The translations under genes and the position numbers were made by a program. From Gordius albopunctatus (taxonomy: Eukaryota): DNA of 64,000 bases. Positions 1 through 13,100 of this stretch are shown one piece after another. Every line of letters begins with the position of its first letter. The stretch's first letter is position 1. The notes beneath the pieces are model-generated. The model was not told the origin of the DNA and searched no databases. It saw only the letters and a list, made by a program, of their open reading frames with translations. The stretch covers positions 2,790,001-2,854,000 of the forward strand of contig OZ193910.1 in NCBI GenBank assembly GCA_964276515.1, given 5' to 3'.

Positions 1-3000
1 ACGAGGCTCAGGTGGATAAATCAAAGGGTGAAGGAGAGGCCCCCCTCTTTGTCTTTATTAAAGCTAATCCTTGTCAAATAAATTTAACAGAACGTATTAT
101 ATTTCTCAATTTTATGTCGGATCAAGTTCGGGTTGAAAAAATGTCTTTTTAGGTCTCTATACACTCACCAAGTTATGAAGCCCAGAATCTTTTGCACTTG
201 ACTTTTAAAAATTGGATATTCTTTTGAAGTTTTTAAGGGGGCCTTAAAAATAATCGGGCAAAGTTTTTAAAGGGACTTTTTAAAATAAAATAAAACATTC
301 TACCTGCTATAAAGGCTTTGCACTATATTTAGTTTAATAAAAAAGGTTTCAGAGTTTAACAATTAAATATGATTTCTAGCCGTGAACATGTAATGTCATA
401 AACATTTTGATATCAATTAATTTTGTCAAAATTCGTGAAAAGGGATCACGGGTATGCCTATTATATTTGAGGGGGGGCACTTGCCCATCACCAGTTTTAA
501 ATCACACGTCAGTACTGACATCGATTAAAAACCTCACAAATCGGTTCAACAGTCCAATATGTTCCTAACGAGCAATAAAATTTCAAAACCAATAATAATT
601 TTAAAAAAAACGTTTGATTTATAGCTTTAATAATGATAATGATTTTTTTTCAGTTGTCATATAGGAATTCTCGTCCCTATCGAAGCGAGTTCATTACAGG
701 TTGAACCTTTGCCTATATAAATTAGTCAGTTATCCCCATCCCATATTTGTATGCTGCCTTCTTGTCTACTACGCTAAAAGTATGGTACAACATCATATAC
801 GCAAAAGAGACACCAAAGGCTAACTATAGCACATCCCTTGCAATAAAGTATTTAGGCATAGCATATATGTGTTTGCCAAGGGTGATGGAAGGGGCAGTTA
901 TCCCCCCCCCTTTAAATTTATAAATACTTATGTAGCCAAATTAATAGTCTTGTTACCAAACTTTTTGTTCACAAGTCCCAAAATATATATTTAAAATCAG
1001 ATTGGTTGGTTTTTAAAACTAAGCAAATGTAATAATTTTCCGCTAAAAATGATAATTTGTTAAAGTGTGCCACATTGATTGTCTTTTCTGTTTTACAAGA
1101 AAAAATAATTCCTTTGTGTTGTGTTGGTTTCTAGTTTTGTATTTAGCTTATTTATGTAACTTTGTTTCTTGAAAATAAACTTTTTAACAAATTTGCAAGG
1201 AACCTAGTCAATGCGTACCCCTCCTGTAATAATGAGAACCATCTTGGGATTTAGAGGGGGGGCAATAATGATTTAGGGAGGGGCACAATTATAATTTTTA
1301 CCATAATTATAATAAATTTTGAAGAATTTTTGGATTAAGAGGGGGGCAATCGCCTTTCCCTGCAACCCCTGGCTGGCATTAAGCTTAATTTGCTATGAGT
1401 ACAGTCACAGGGTCCAGCCAAACCCATCTTGGCATTAAATATAAATGTGATATAATAAATCATTTTAACGACAACCTTCGTTTGACGACCATGCCTTTTT
1501 GGGTTTTAACTTTTTACGACTGGCTTGAACAGAAGTTTAGCCTGAGCAAGGCTTTTAAGGCAGCTGCCCCCACCCCCCTAAATTTGAAATTACTTTATCT
1601 TTAATATAGTTTGAGTTAAATTTCAATAATTTAACTATTTTGCCCCTAACCAACCTATTTGGCCTCTCCCTCTTTTTGAATCAAAGCTTATATGGGTTTA
1701 CGGGAGTGAATTCATCATAACAAACGATAAAAAATAATTCCAAAAAAGAAAGAGACTCTGAAATTTAATGGCCCCGCTAACGCGTTAGTTAGGAGGGAGT
1801 TCACCACAATTTTTACGAGGGTTCAAATTGAAGAAAAAAAAACAACCGTGTAAAGCAAGGCAGGCTCAACGAAAAATAAAAGTTTAGCTTACGTGAAGCA
1901 ATCCAAATAACATTGCATTGATTTATTTTGGTCAGCGGGCTCATAAACACATTTTATTACCCTTTTCAAATGTTTTTTTATATAACAACTCTTAAAGGGT
2001 TTAAGTGGGCCCGTGCGGGCAATTTAATTATAAAATTGGAACGGATTCGGCATAAACATTTATAAAATCTGGCCTTTAAAAAGATATTAATTATCTATAT
2101 AAAATATACGACGCTATAAAAACATAAATTACAGAGCAATTGGTAGTTGATTATAAGACAAGGTTAATTTTTTTGCCATGCGATTTCTATCTAGAGATTT
2201 ACCTGAACCCGATCAATTATTATTACAATCCAATCCATTTATCAATGCAAATACAATTTAATAACTTTTCACTTTCCTGAATAGGCAAAATTTCGTTGAG
2301 TGCTGCATTTATACTTGGCAGCAGTGGCTTCTTCAATAACAGTAAACTGTTACTGTGTCGATTACATTTTTGGGATGGCTGGCAGGTCACTTAGGTTTTA
2401 AACAGCATCTTATCTTAGTTGGTATTTGTGCCATTTAAAGCACTTTAGTAAAAGGAGTCAAAAAAAATTAGTGAGTTTCTGGAAAAATGTTTGACTGATC
2501 TTGCGGAAACAAGAATTCTGATTAGTTAGAGCATGTTTATCAACTCTTCATAAAATTTTACAATGGAGGATTCGATGAAGGAGATAAAAATTGTCATTTT
2601 AAATGAATCTCGCTAGTTTTGCCTCTTGGCAAATCGAGATTTATAACATTTATCTGGTTTGCAATGTTATCTGCTAGTCGTTGTATGTCAAAACCCTTTT
2701 TCTGCAATTGTTTGCATAGTAAGGATGCATAGCGAAATCATGGGCCTAGTCAGGTGGTGGATTAGGGGGGGGGGCAACAAAAAATTATTCGAATCTAATA
2801 GTAAAATGGGAAATAAATCTGCACATACGCAACTAGTAATCTCATATTAATATTTGATTTCTATAAAATAATTGAAATTTGCGTGTAAATTGCTAATAAG
2901 TGTCTATATCAATTAAATTTAAGTGGAATTAGGGGGGGGGGGGGTAAACTTATTTTTTTGATTATTAAGGCTAATTGTATTCAAAAAACTTATCCTGCCC

Positions 3001-3077
3001 CTCCCTGGCTAGGCTATTGGCTGAAATATTTATCAAGATATGAAAGAGACATCAAGAATTCAGATTGCTATAATTTA

Positions 3078-3910
3078 AACTCGGGTCTTCTGCCCTCGTG
3101 GGAAGGAGAGTAGGGGAAGGGAAGGAAAGGGGGAACAAAACTCTTCTATACTCTGTATAAAAGTAGCATATTTGCTATGCAATTTATGGGCGAGAAAGGT
3201 GGGGAGGGGCGAGAATGCCTATAGGGGGGGGGTATAAAATGCAAAATGATTAGGTAATTATTTATACAAATTTTCCATTTAATTAAAAAAAAATTTCCTT
3301 TCCAGGATATGAATTGGGTAAATAAATTTATACTAGCGTTGTTGGATAAGGGGAGAAAAAATATGTGTTTATAGAGGATGGCATGCAGGCATAGACATGT
3401 GGGGTGGGAGGTTTGCAATAATAACAACCTTAAAGAATCATAAACAATGCGAAAATTGTCAAGCCCCCTCCCCTTTGGTGAGAAAGAGGGTAGAAAATAA
3501 GGGGGGGCAAGCAATTGAGTTACATGTTGGACGGACAACGACGAGCCTTTATTGCTAAGCGGACGGCCAAAAAGTCGTATTATCAATGGTTTTAACAAGA
3601 ACAATATATTAATCTCCGGGATTCGAACCCACATCAGTAGAGGCATAAGCCTTTGTAGGGGCGCACAGGGACCCATATCAGTAGAGGCATAGGCCCTTCT
3701 AGGGTAGAGCATATGGTAATTTTCAATGTTAACCTAATATAGCAATGCAAAAAATGGGGGGAAAATTTCGATTCACAATTTGGCCAATGGTGATTTTTTT
3801 CATTGGTCAGTAGCCAGTGGACGGCCAAAAAGTTATATTATCACTGGTATTAACAGGAACAATATATTTTTTTAATTTAAAAAAAAATTGCCCTCTCCGG
3901 GTATCGAATT
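3078..3910. repeat. Dispersed repeat with terminal GC hairpin and a tRNA B-box-like motif (copy 1, with internal duplications)
   Basis: Near-identical blocks with 38217-38705, e.g. CTCTTCTATACTCTGTATAAAAGTAGCATATTTGCTATGCAATTTATGGGCGAGAA and CCGGGATTCGAACCCACATCAGTAGAGGCATAAGC. Confidence 0.8.
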
Positions 3911-5022
3911 AAGATATAGATCAGCAAGTTTCCGCAATCTAAATTAAAAGAAATAATAGATAGCGGTATAAAAGAGGTAACACACAAGACATCATATAGC
4001 TTCATAATTATATAAAGACGAATAATAAGAGTTACATTATGTGTAAAATGAAAAAATAATGATTTATATTTATTTGTGCATACCACATTTAAAGATCCAT
4101 AAAATAAATTTGACACAATCTTTCTTAAACACCATAAATAAGATATGTAAAATATCGTGCATTTATCTTGATTATCGAAATGTTGGATGGACGGACGGAC
4201 AACAAAAAGCGAACCCATAAATTACATAGCAAATAGCAATTAATTAATACATTTGGTCTTAGGTGTGGCAGCAGGTAATCTTGAGGGGAATGTGCTTAAT
4301 CTAGTTGTCTTTTTTGGCAAGAACAGCTGAATTCGGAAAAGTAAATTAATCATTAAAGGCTTCATTTATCAAAAATTAAATTCAAAAATATAATGTATCT
4401 ATAAACTTTTATATAATATATAAGTGACTTAGTCTTTTAGGCGACTATAAATACTCCTAATTCATTCGATAATCTATTTATTAATCAAGTGAACTTTTGT
4501 TAAAGGCTACGCCACTTCTACAAATGCATGGGCGAACCAGAGGAGGGGTGAGGAAGGATGAATCGCCCCACTCTAGATCAAAAACTTCTTTTTCATTATG
4601 GTTACTATCATGGGCCTAGCCAGCATTGTAATTAGAAAGGGGCAATAATGATTTAGGCAGGAGCAGAATTAGCATTTTTTGAAATTTTAGCCATAGCTTT
4701 AATATTGAACAAATTTTTGGATTTAGAGGGGGGGCAGCCGCTCCCCCCCCCCTTTGCCTAAGCCCAATGTTATATATGGTGCTTTATTTTTTTATTCTGA
4801 TGAATATTAACTCAGATTTTTCATTAATTCCAAGGAGAAATCGGCCAGATTTGGCATGCAAATCTGGACTTTGAGCAATTTTATTAAATCTACACTGTGG
4901 TGACTATTGGGACTGTACAAACCTCTAGTCTATTTCACAGATTCTTAAATTTATTTGACTTATTTGTTATTATTTTGAGCCTACCTCTATTGAAACCCAG
5001 GCTACGCCCACGGGGTTGTAGA

Positions 5023-5553
5023 CAGAGGCCTGCACGGGTAACCCAGACCCACTCGGGTCGGGTTCGGGTTGAAATTTTTAGAATGCATTCGGGTTGGATT
5101 TATAGAGACGGGTCAAAGGATATGAATATTACATTACAAAACGAACGAAACGTATTTGTTAAATTAATGCCATTATCTAGACTTTTTGTAAAACAATATC
5201 GAAATGTATAACTAATAATAATCATTCATTCATATAACCAATTTCCTTTCCTATTTTTTTAATTCATTTAATTTGGAGGCGAATTTAAATTTAAAGCTGA
5301 ATCACGAAAGGTAAAATATTAACAAATGAGTATTTATTATTGTTTATAGTCTATAGAGTAAATTATAAATTTAACTACATAAAGATATAATTAAAGATTC
5401 AATTTAAAATTGAATCACGAAAGGTAAAATATTAACAAATTATTATTTATTATTGTTTAAAAACGCTTTCGGGTCGAGTCGGGTTCGGGTTGAAATTTTG
5501 AAAACGCTTTCGGGTCGGGTTCGGGTTGAAAAAAGTGACTTTGCAGGCCTCTA
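5023..5553. mobile_element. Non-autonomous hAT-like element (YAGAGGCCTGCA TIR)
   Basis: CAGAGGCCTGCA...TGCAGGCCTCTA; 8-bp TSD GTTGTAGA/GTTGTAGG; subterminal CGGGTCGGGTTCGGGT repeats; internal ~55-bp direct repeat (~5290 and ~5403); partial right end also at ~125-160. Confidence 0.85.
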
Positions 5554-7117
5554 GTTGTAGGCTAGACCCAATTGTACTTTAAAATAGTTTCGCCGCACCC
5601 ATACAGAGGTAACTAGGTAAGTAAGTACGCATGTATAATCATGTCGCATGACGACTTCAATTTTTATGTTGTTATGTAAACGGCACCCACCACCTAATAA
5701 TATTGATCCATTCATCCTCTCATTTAAGAGGAGTGTAGCTCAAATACCACCACATACGCAAACACATAATAGATAGATAGAGATGATACCCCTATTTATT
5801 TATTTATGTTTAGTATTATAAGCAGGCGTTAAAAAATTAAAAGATTGTCCCATAGCAACCACCCACCCCCCCCCCCTTCTCATGGGCGTAGCCAGGATTT
5901 GAATTATGGGGGGGGTGAATTTAATCATAATTTTTAGAAATATCAAAAAAATTTCGGATTTAAGGGGGGAACAGGACCCCCCTGCCCAGCCCCCTTGCCT
6001 TAAGGCTCTAAATTTTAAGCGCAAATGATAAATAACGAGCAAAGGGACAGCAAAGGATGTGGCATCCACTGATGACATTATTTAATATCACAACATACCC
6101 CCCCCGTTCGCCTATTTGTATTATCACCACGACGGCTCTCCCTAATTTTTGAAATTTAGGCACCATTTAATACCTTAAAGATTTCGATGCGCATTTTCAC
6201 CGAAATATCCCACTAAATTTTATATTTTCCAACCGAATTGCCTGTTTTCAACTTCTATGCGATAGGGGGGAAACGTAAACAAATTTGACGTTAGAGACGC
6301 GGTTTCTTTTGAAGTAGCCCCAGCCCAGCCAGCTACAAAGAAGGGGGGGGTGGTTGATTAACATCGATTTTTGAAGAACCCTACTAGCTCTTTCACCGGT
6401 TACACCAAAAATGCCAGATTTGAAAGAAAAAAAGTACAAAACAACTTAAAACTGCTGCAACAAATTAAGCGTATATTAAAAGGTAGTAGTAGAGTAGAGC
6501 CAGCCAGCAACTAGATTGGCATGCAAGGCAGGAGGCAAGCTGGCCTGGCGGTTGTTAGCTATAAAATTTTATGATTTATTACAAAGGCGCACCTCTAGCC
6601 CCTCGCCAACTAAGATCCAAATCATTTCGTGTTTCGAGACTACCCTCTCCCCCCTCCCTTATCTAGCTCGGTCGGTCGGTCCTCAATAGCGCTCTCAGAC
6701 ACACTTTTCAACCATTAATCTCGTATGTGCCCTGATGTTGATGTATTTATTTACCGCCCTCCTTCAGCTCCTCACCTAATAATTATTATTATTGTCATTC
6801 TTCCCGTCCAAAAGCGCGTACGAAAAGTCTTGATACATAATATGACAACTTATTGCGCCTTTTACAGTTCTGACTGAAAAAGTATACCCCCCCCCCTTTA
6901 TCTCCCCTCCTCTACGGTCCCCTTACTAGTCGAACAAATAGAATGTAATAATAATCAATTAAAAATTATTCAAATCCAACTGGTGACACACTTCGCGGTT
7001 TTGCCATAGTTTTTGGACAATTATATTTTGGTCCACCCTTCATTTTTGGGGCGAAATTTGTGGTTGAATTCGCAAATATCCTTTATAATTTGGAAACATT
7101 TTCTGGGATGCCGTGGT

Positions 7118-7157
7118 ATGACTAGGAAAAAACAACATTGCCCCAAAAAGGCACACG
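7118..7157 (+). CDS. tsh: Teashirt-like micro first coding exon (MTRKKQHCPKKAH-G)
   Basis: ATGACTAGGAAAAAACAACATTGCCCCAAAAAGGCACACG|GTAATT; resembles the Tsh/Tio/TSHZ exon-1 peptide and is phase-compatible with the acceptor at 23124. Confidence 0.75.
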
Positions 7158-10100
7158 GTAATTTAATCTTTTTTTTCGTCACTTATTTTAAATTAAAAAT
7201 ATATATTTGCTCATAAAATGCAGTATTAACATGGGCGTGGCCGAGAGGGGGCAAAATATGTAGATCCAAATTTGTTAAAATTTATTAAAAATATGGCTGA
7301 AATTTCAAAAAATGGTCATTTTGCCCCTTCCTAAATCATTATTGCCCCCCCCCTCTAATTCCAATGCGCGCTACGCACCTGAATGCAAAGCATATAATAG
7401 TCTGGTGGATGCATTTTCATTTTTGTATAAATTCTGCGTTGCTTAGTTTTGTTAAATGTATATGGATGAATTTTTTAATTTAGAGGTGGGTGGGGGCATC
7501 TAACCCTTCTTGCCTCTCCCAGGTTACTCTCATTATAATTGATAGACGTCATATTAAACCATCTGAAAATTCCTAGCTTTGCCAGTTTTTTTTCAGTTAT
7601 GCTTTTTGCTAAAATTTTACATTTCGCACTTCCATCTTTTTATCTTCCACAGATAAAATTATGAACCTTATGAGACCGAAATTTTATTTCCAAAAAAAAA
7701 CTCACTCCTATTCAACACATGTCTCTCGCCCCTCTAATATATTTTACTCCCGTTCGAAGTCTAAAGCTACAAAAGCATTAAAAGAAACATAATGTCTATC
7801 AGCCTTCGTGATACGACACACATAGGCTTAGCCAGGGGGTGGCAGGATGGGGCGGCTGCCCTCTAAAAATCTAGAAATTCTTTAAATTTATATATAATAA
7901 AGTCCAAATTTTTTGAAAATTATCATTTTACCCCTCCCTGATTCATTATTGCCGCACCCCTGTGAATCAAATCCCGGCTATGCCCATGACGACATAGGTA
8001 TAGAGATGGTCTTTGTCATTTCTTCATTATGACCCCCGCCCCCCCGTTCTCATTCTCTAATCTCCTTCCCCCCCCCCAATGGATTGACCTTGAACTTAAA
8101 AACATTTTTGCTCTTGTATGATGCACAAAAAAAATTTGTATGATTATATACATTTGTTTGTATGATTGTGTGTATTTATTATTAAACAAACGCCTTTATT
8201 TGCTTGAAAAAGGGGAAGTTTATTGATTAAATTGGGAGCGGAGCAAATATTATCAATCGAAAATCATAATTAATTCAATTGCACCTCTTTGTTTCACCGC
8301 GCACATGACCACGGAATTTCGGCAAATTTTTTGGTAGGTGTTGCTCAAGCAATTAATATTTCATAATCGTTTTTTTAAACTAATTGTCCCCTTCCCCTCT
8401 AATGCCATTATCTAATATAATTGCCCATGGCAAAATCTTTTCTACAACCAGCAGGCTCCCCCCCCCCTTTGGCCCCTTAAATCCAAGAATGTCCGATTAT
8501 AGCAAATTATCATTTCCAAACTTATAATCTTTAATTTTATGGTTTATATTTAAGTAATTACCACCACCCCCCGCTCCTCTCTAGACAAAGATTTCTTATT
8601 GAGCGTTCAATTCCCGTAGGAAATTGACGTTGTTCCTTGACCATACAACAAAGCTAAAAAACCATATAAAAATATGGAATTTATATAGCCGAGAATCCTC
8701 TCGATTAGATATATAAATGTTTTAGTATTTAAAGTAATGAACATGTGCTTAGCCAGCATTGGAATTAGAGAGGGGGGGGGGCAAATAAATTTAAACAAAT
8801 TTTTGGATTTAAAGAGGGGCAGCCCCCCCCCCCTCGCTACCCCCATGATACTTGCAAAACTCACGATTGTTTTGTGTCATTATTTTGCAAATTTCAGTGT
8901 CACGAAAAAATCCTATGGGGTAGCTAGAATTTGGACAGAGGGGGGGGAAAGCGGAAATGGGCTGACAATGATTAAGGGCAGAATAAAGTTTTTTAACGTT
9001 TATAAACCTAATTTCATTATTTATATTATTTAAAAATTTAAATTTAGGCGAGCCTCCGCCGCCTTACTCATTCCCTTTAATGAATATAATATTTTCATTA
9101 TTACATTAAAAACAGCACTTTATATTTTCATCATAAAACAAATAATAATTTTTTTTCATGCAAGATCTTGTATGCCATCTCATATAAATGTCAAAACTAT
9201 AATAAGATGTATTCCATATAATATCTATTTTGACATAATACCAAAAATTTAATTCAAAAGTTCAGACACATCTCAAAGTCTGATAATAATTTGATTAGCT
9301 TCAAAACTACTTTACCTCCATTATTTTGTTAGTTCGCTAAAGCGATAACTCAAGTTGTTTACTAAGTATTATAAATGAAATCAATTTATATGAAGGTCCC
9401 ATATTTTTCATGAAATTTTAACAATTAAAATATTATTTAAAAAGGCCATAATTTAAGATGCAACCCTTCATGGGCGTAGCCAGCATTGAAATAAGGGGGG
9501 GGGGAAAAATGATCATTTTTTGAAACTTTGCTCATAATTTTAATAACTTTCACGAAATTTTAAGATTTGGAGGAGGGCAGTCGCCCCTCCATGCCACCCT
9601 CACTCTCTCTCTATGTTAAACAATGCAAATTTTCCTTTACATTTTTGACATTTGCTTAATAGTTGTTGATATTCTCAGAATTTCGTAAAACATCCAATAT
9701 TAGACTGTATAGTTGTTGGTAGAGAGAGATGAGACGTATGATTCTACTTTAAGCATGATTTTATTGAAAAATACAAGATGACAGCTGTACGATAAATACT
9801 TGGACACAATGTGTGTGTGTGTGTGGGTCAATGGCTATAAATTTGGAAGGCAGGCTTGGTTGTGTGTCACGCACGTTTTATGATTGATTTCACCACAAAT
9901 TAATCTATTGATCCTTTTCAAACATGGGCGTAGCCAGGGGGGGCGGCTGCCCCCCTCTAAATCCAAACATTTGTTGAAATTTATCAAAATTATGGCTAAA
10001 TTACAAAAAATGATCATTTTACCCCCCTCCCTAAATCATTATTGCCCCCCTCTAATTTCAATGCTGGCTACGCTACGCCCATGTTTTAAAATGAAGGTTT

Positions 10101-13100
10101 TTTAACGTTAAACTTATTTTTTCCCCAAATCCATATAATTTATTATTCATTCATAAGTGACCCGAGTTTGGTACGTCAAATATGTGACAGGAGTATGTTA
10201 AATTTTAATTATCGCGAGGGAAAAAATTTGCCAGTTTTTTGACATATCCTCTAGAAAATTATTGCAACAAAATAGTTTTCAAACAAAGGGCCTTACCCAT
10301 GGGATGGGCGTACCCAGGGGCCCCCCTCCCCCCTAATTTACGAGAAAAAAATTCCAATGCAAAAACATTGAAAAATTAAAAAAAATTATGTTTTGCCCCC
10401 CCCCCCCAATTCAAAACCTGGGTACGCCCATGGCCTTACCTGAAGGATTTAAGGATTAGTGTCTTAAATTAATGTTGTGACCCCTAGGCTTACCCAAGGG
10501 GAGGGGGCAGGGAGGGTTGGCTGGCCCCCTAAAAATTCAAAAATTTATTAAAATTATGGCTAAAATTTCAAAAAATGATTATTTTGCCCCTCCCTAAATT
10601 ATTATTGCCCCCCCCTCTGATTTCAATGCTGGCTACGCCCATGTCGTGACCACAATAATTTTGCCTCTGCCTAGATAATTACCAAATTCTTGGACCCCAC
10701 CCATTATTCAAATTATTTGGAATTAGGGGGGGGGGGCAATATTGATTTAGGGAGTGACAAAATGATAGTTTTTTGAAATTTTAGCCATTATTATATTGTA
10801 TTTTAAAGAATTTTTGGATTTAGAGGGGGGCAACAACAGCCCCTCTTTGCCACCCCCTGGTTACGTCCACGTCCACCCCCACACAAATGAAAAACTTGTT
10901 TAAAAAGCCCGTTAGAGGAGTGTGGACCTTAATTCCTCCAACAGCATTTGGTCGCGTCCTAGAGAATAGAGACCCACGTCACCTTATAAGGTGCGATATA
11001 AAGATCAAATCTCTTATTAATTATCGCTTTTTAAATGACATATTTTCGTTTTCTGTCATAATTAAAATGTCCTACTCCCAAGGCCTTATTTAGAAGAAGG
11101 GGGGGGGGTAGCTTCACTTGCCGTTTTAATTCTAAAATATACTTAACACTACAATAATAATGATTAGAAATTCAAAAACCATTGATTTTCCCCCACCCCC
11201 CCCGCTCTTTAAATACTGGTTACGCCCTTTCCGTCTAAGTCCAACCAAGTTAACAATAAATGGTGCCAGGATAATTAAGCTTAAACAAAACCTAGCTACA
11301 CAAACGCTGGCAGGGGTGGCGGGTAGAGATGAATTAACTTTAAATAAGGTCATCAAACCCTTTGCAGCCCCCCCCCCTCCCTTTTTGTAGAGAATATATG
11401 TGGCGAGTATAATTCTAGGGTTGGGCAGGCATGTCAATGAACCAAAATAACTATATATACATGCAAGGACCTAGTCAAAGGGGCAAATGCCCCCCCCCTT
11501 TCCCTCTTTAAATTGAATTTTTTTTCTTTAAAAGACGAAAAATTTTCAAATATTTGTCCTACCTTCTCTGATTCATTTCCTACGACTACGCCCTAGTTTG
11601 GACTCTTTTTAAAATGCCCTAATTAGCCTAAGCAAACCAAACATCCACGGGCGAAGCCAGCATGGTAATAATGATTTAGGGAGAGGAAAAATTATCATTT
11701 TTTGAAATTTTAGCCATAATTTTAATATAATTTAACAAATTTTTTGATTTAGATCCTGGGGCCTGAGTAGTAATGTACATTGAAAATCCTTTGTAGCTTA
11801 AAAACAATGTTGAGTGTCAAATTTCCTGTCTTACAAACGCACTATCCATCGGTGATTGTTAATGGATGATGTGCGCTGCGCTGCCCCTTAAAGTGGGAAA
11901 AAGAGGAGAAGGGGAAGGGAGGAGATACCGGGTACAATTAAATAGCCCGCCGCGCCAAATTTAGCTTATTTGATCGATAAAATTATTTTAACCACCCTAA
12001 CCCCCACCCCTTTGCCTATTGTAGTTAATTGGGATTAGATTCCATTGAAGAGTATTTATAAAATGGGGCGTTTCCTGGCCAGGGGGAGGCAAAAGCCCTT
12101 GGTTCCCCCCCCCCCCATCTCTAAAGTACATATGCATTTTAAACAGGTTTTTATTAAATTTGTAAATCATCATGTTGCCTCCCTCAACCATGGGCGTAGC
12201 CAGTATTAGAATATAGAGGGGCACAATAATGATTTAGGGAGGGGCAAAATGGTAATTTTTTGAAATTTTAGCCATAATTTTAATAAATTTCATCAAAACT
12301 TTGGATTTAGAGGGGGTCAGCCGCCCCTCCCTGCCCCCTCTCCCCCCCCCTTGGCTGCGCCCATGCACTCAACCCTCTTAATTCAAATTAGGGTTATACC
12401 CTTGCTAAAGTTTATCAGTATATATATATCACATTTTTTTATGGTAGACAAGTCTGAATAAACTATCCCCTCCCCCCACCTTGTTAAGAAAAAAGATTAG
12501 ATAGATTTTGTTCAGCTCCTTACTCATAAATCAAAATTTGGGAAACGCAGCCTGCCGATTTTTGCTTCAGAATCCTGGTGGTGGTAGGTTTGAGATAAGG
12601 ATCTATGTAAAATAATTTTTTTGTTACATTACATCTCAATCACGAGCATAGGCGAAACTAGGGGAGGCAGGGAGGGGCGGTTGCCCCCCCCCTCCCCTTC
12701 CAAATATTTTCTTGCATTTAATAAATTTATAGTTAAAATTTTGATAAGTATCATTTGGCCCTTCCCCAATTGTTATTCTAATTTAGTGTTGCATGGCAAA
12801 ATTTACCTCAACTAAAGAAAACCTGGGGTCAACAAAACCACTCAGTTTTTAGTTATTGCTTTGCAAAACGAATTATAATGACCTATTCAACATTGCAGAG
12901 CCAGCTATAACACCCTGGCATAACTTACTTTGTGCGTACTGTGGGGGGTAACTTAACCCCCCCCCCCCCTTGTGAAAAGGTGAATGAGCTTTATGATGAA
13001 CGGCTAAAAGTTGAAAATCCTTTTAATTCCCTTCCCCCACCCCCACCCCCCCCATCTTTTCCTCGCTCCCTCTCAATTCTCAAAATCTCTCTTCCATTCC

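Larger units (their letters stand above)
1231..12800. repeat. Cluster of further degenerate copies of the same MITE family (~1231-1380, 2739-3020, 4609-4769, 5881-6010, 7230-7381, 8742-8847, 9469-9600, 10700-10871, 11646-11760, 12648-12790)
   Basis: Shared core GGGGGCAATAATGATTTAGGGAGGGGCAAAAT...TTTTAGCCATAATTTTAATAAATTT...TTTGGATTTAGAGGGGGGCAG in both orientations; boundaries approximate. Confidence 0.7.

Noticed and set aside
3617..3635. GGGTTCGAATCCC on minus as a tRNA gene (also ~38642)
   Set aside because: No A-box, D-arm or acceptor stem visible; it lies within a dispersed repeat.
3146..3712. 188-aa minus-strand ORF
   Set aside because: Lies inside a repeat whose second copy has indels; no recognisable domain.
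7230..12400. Recurrent CATGGGCGTAGCC motif as a CRISPR-like or tandem array
   Set aside because: Irregular spacing, both orientations, TIR pairs and TSDs show independent MITE insertions in a eukaryote.
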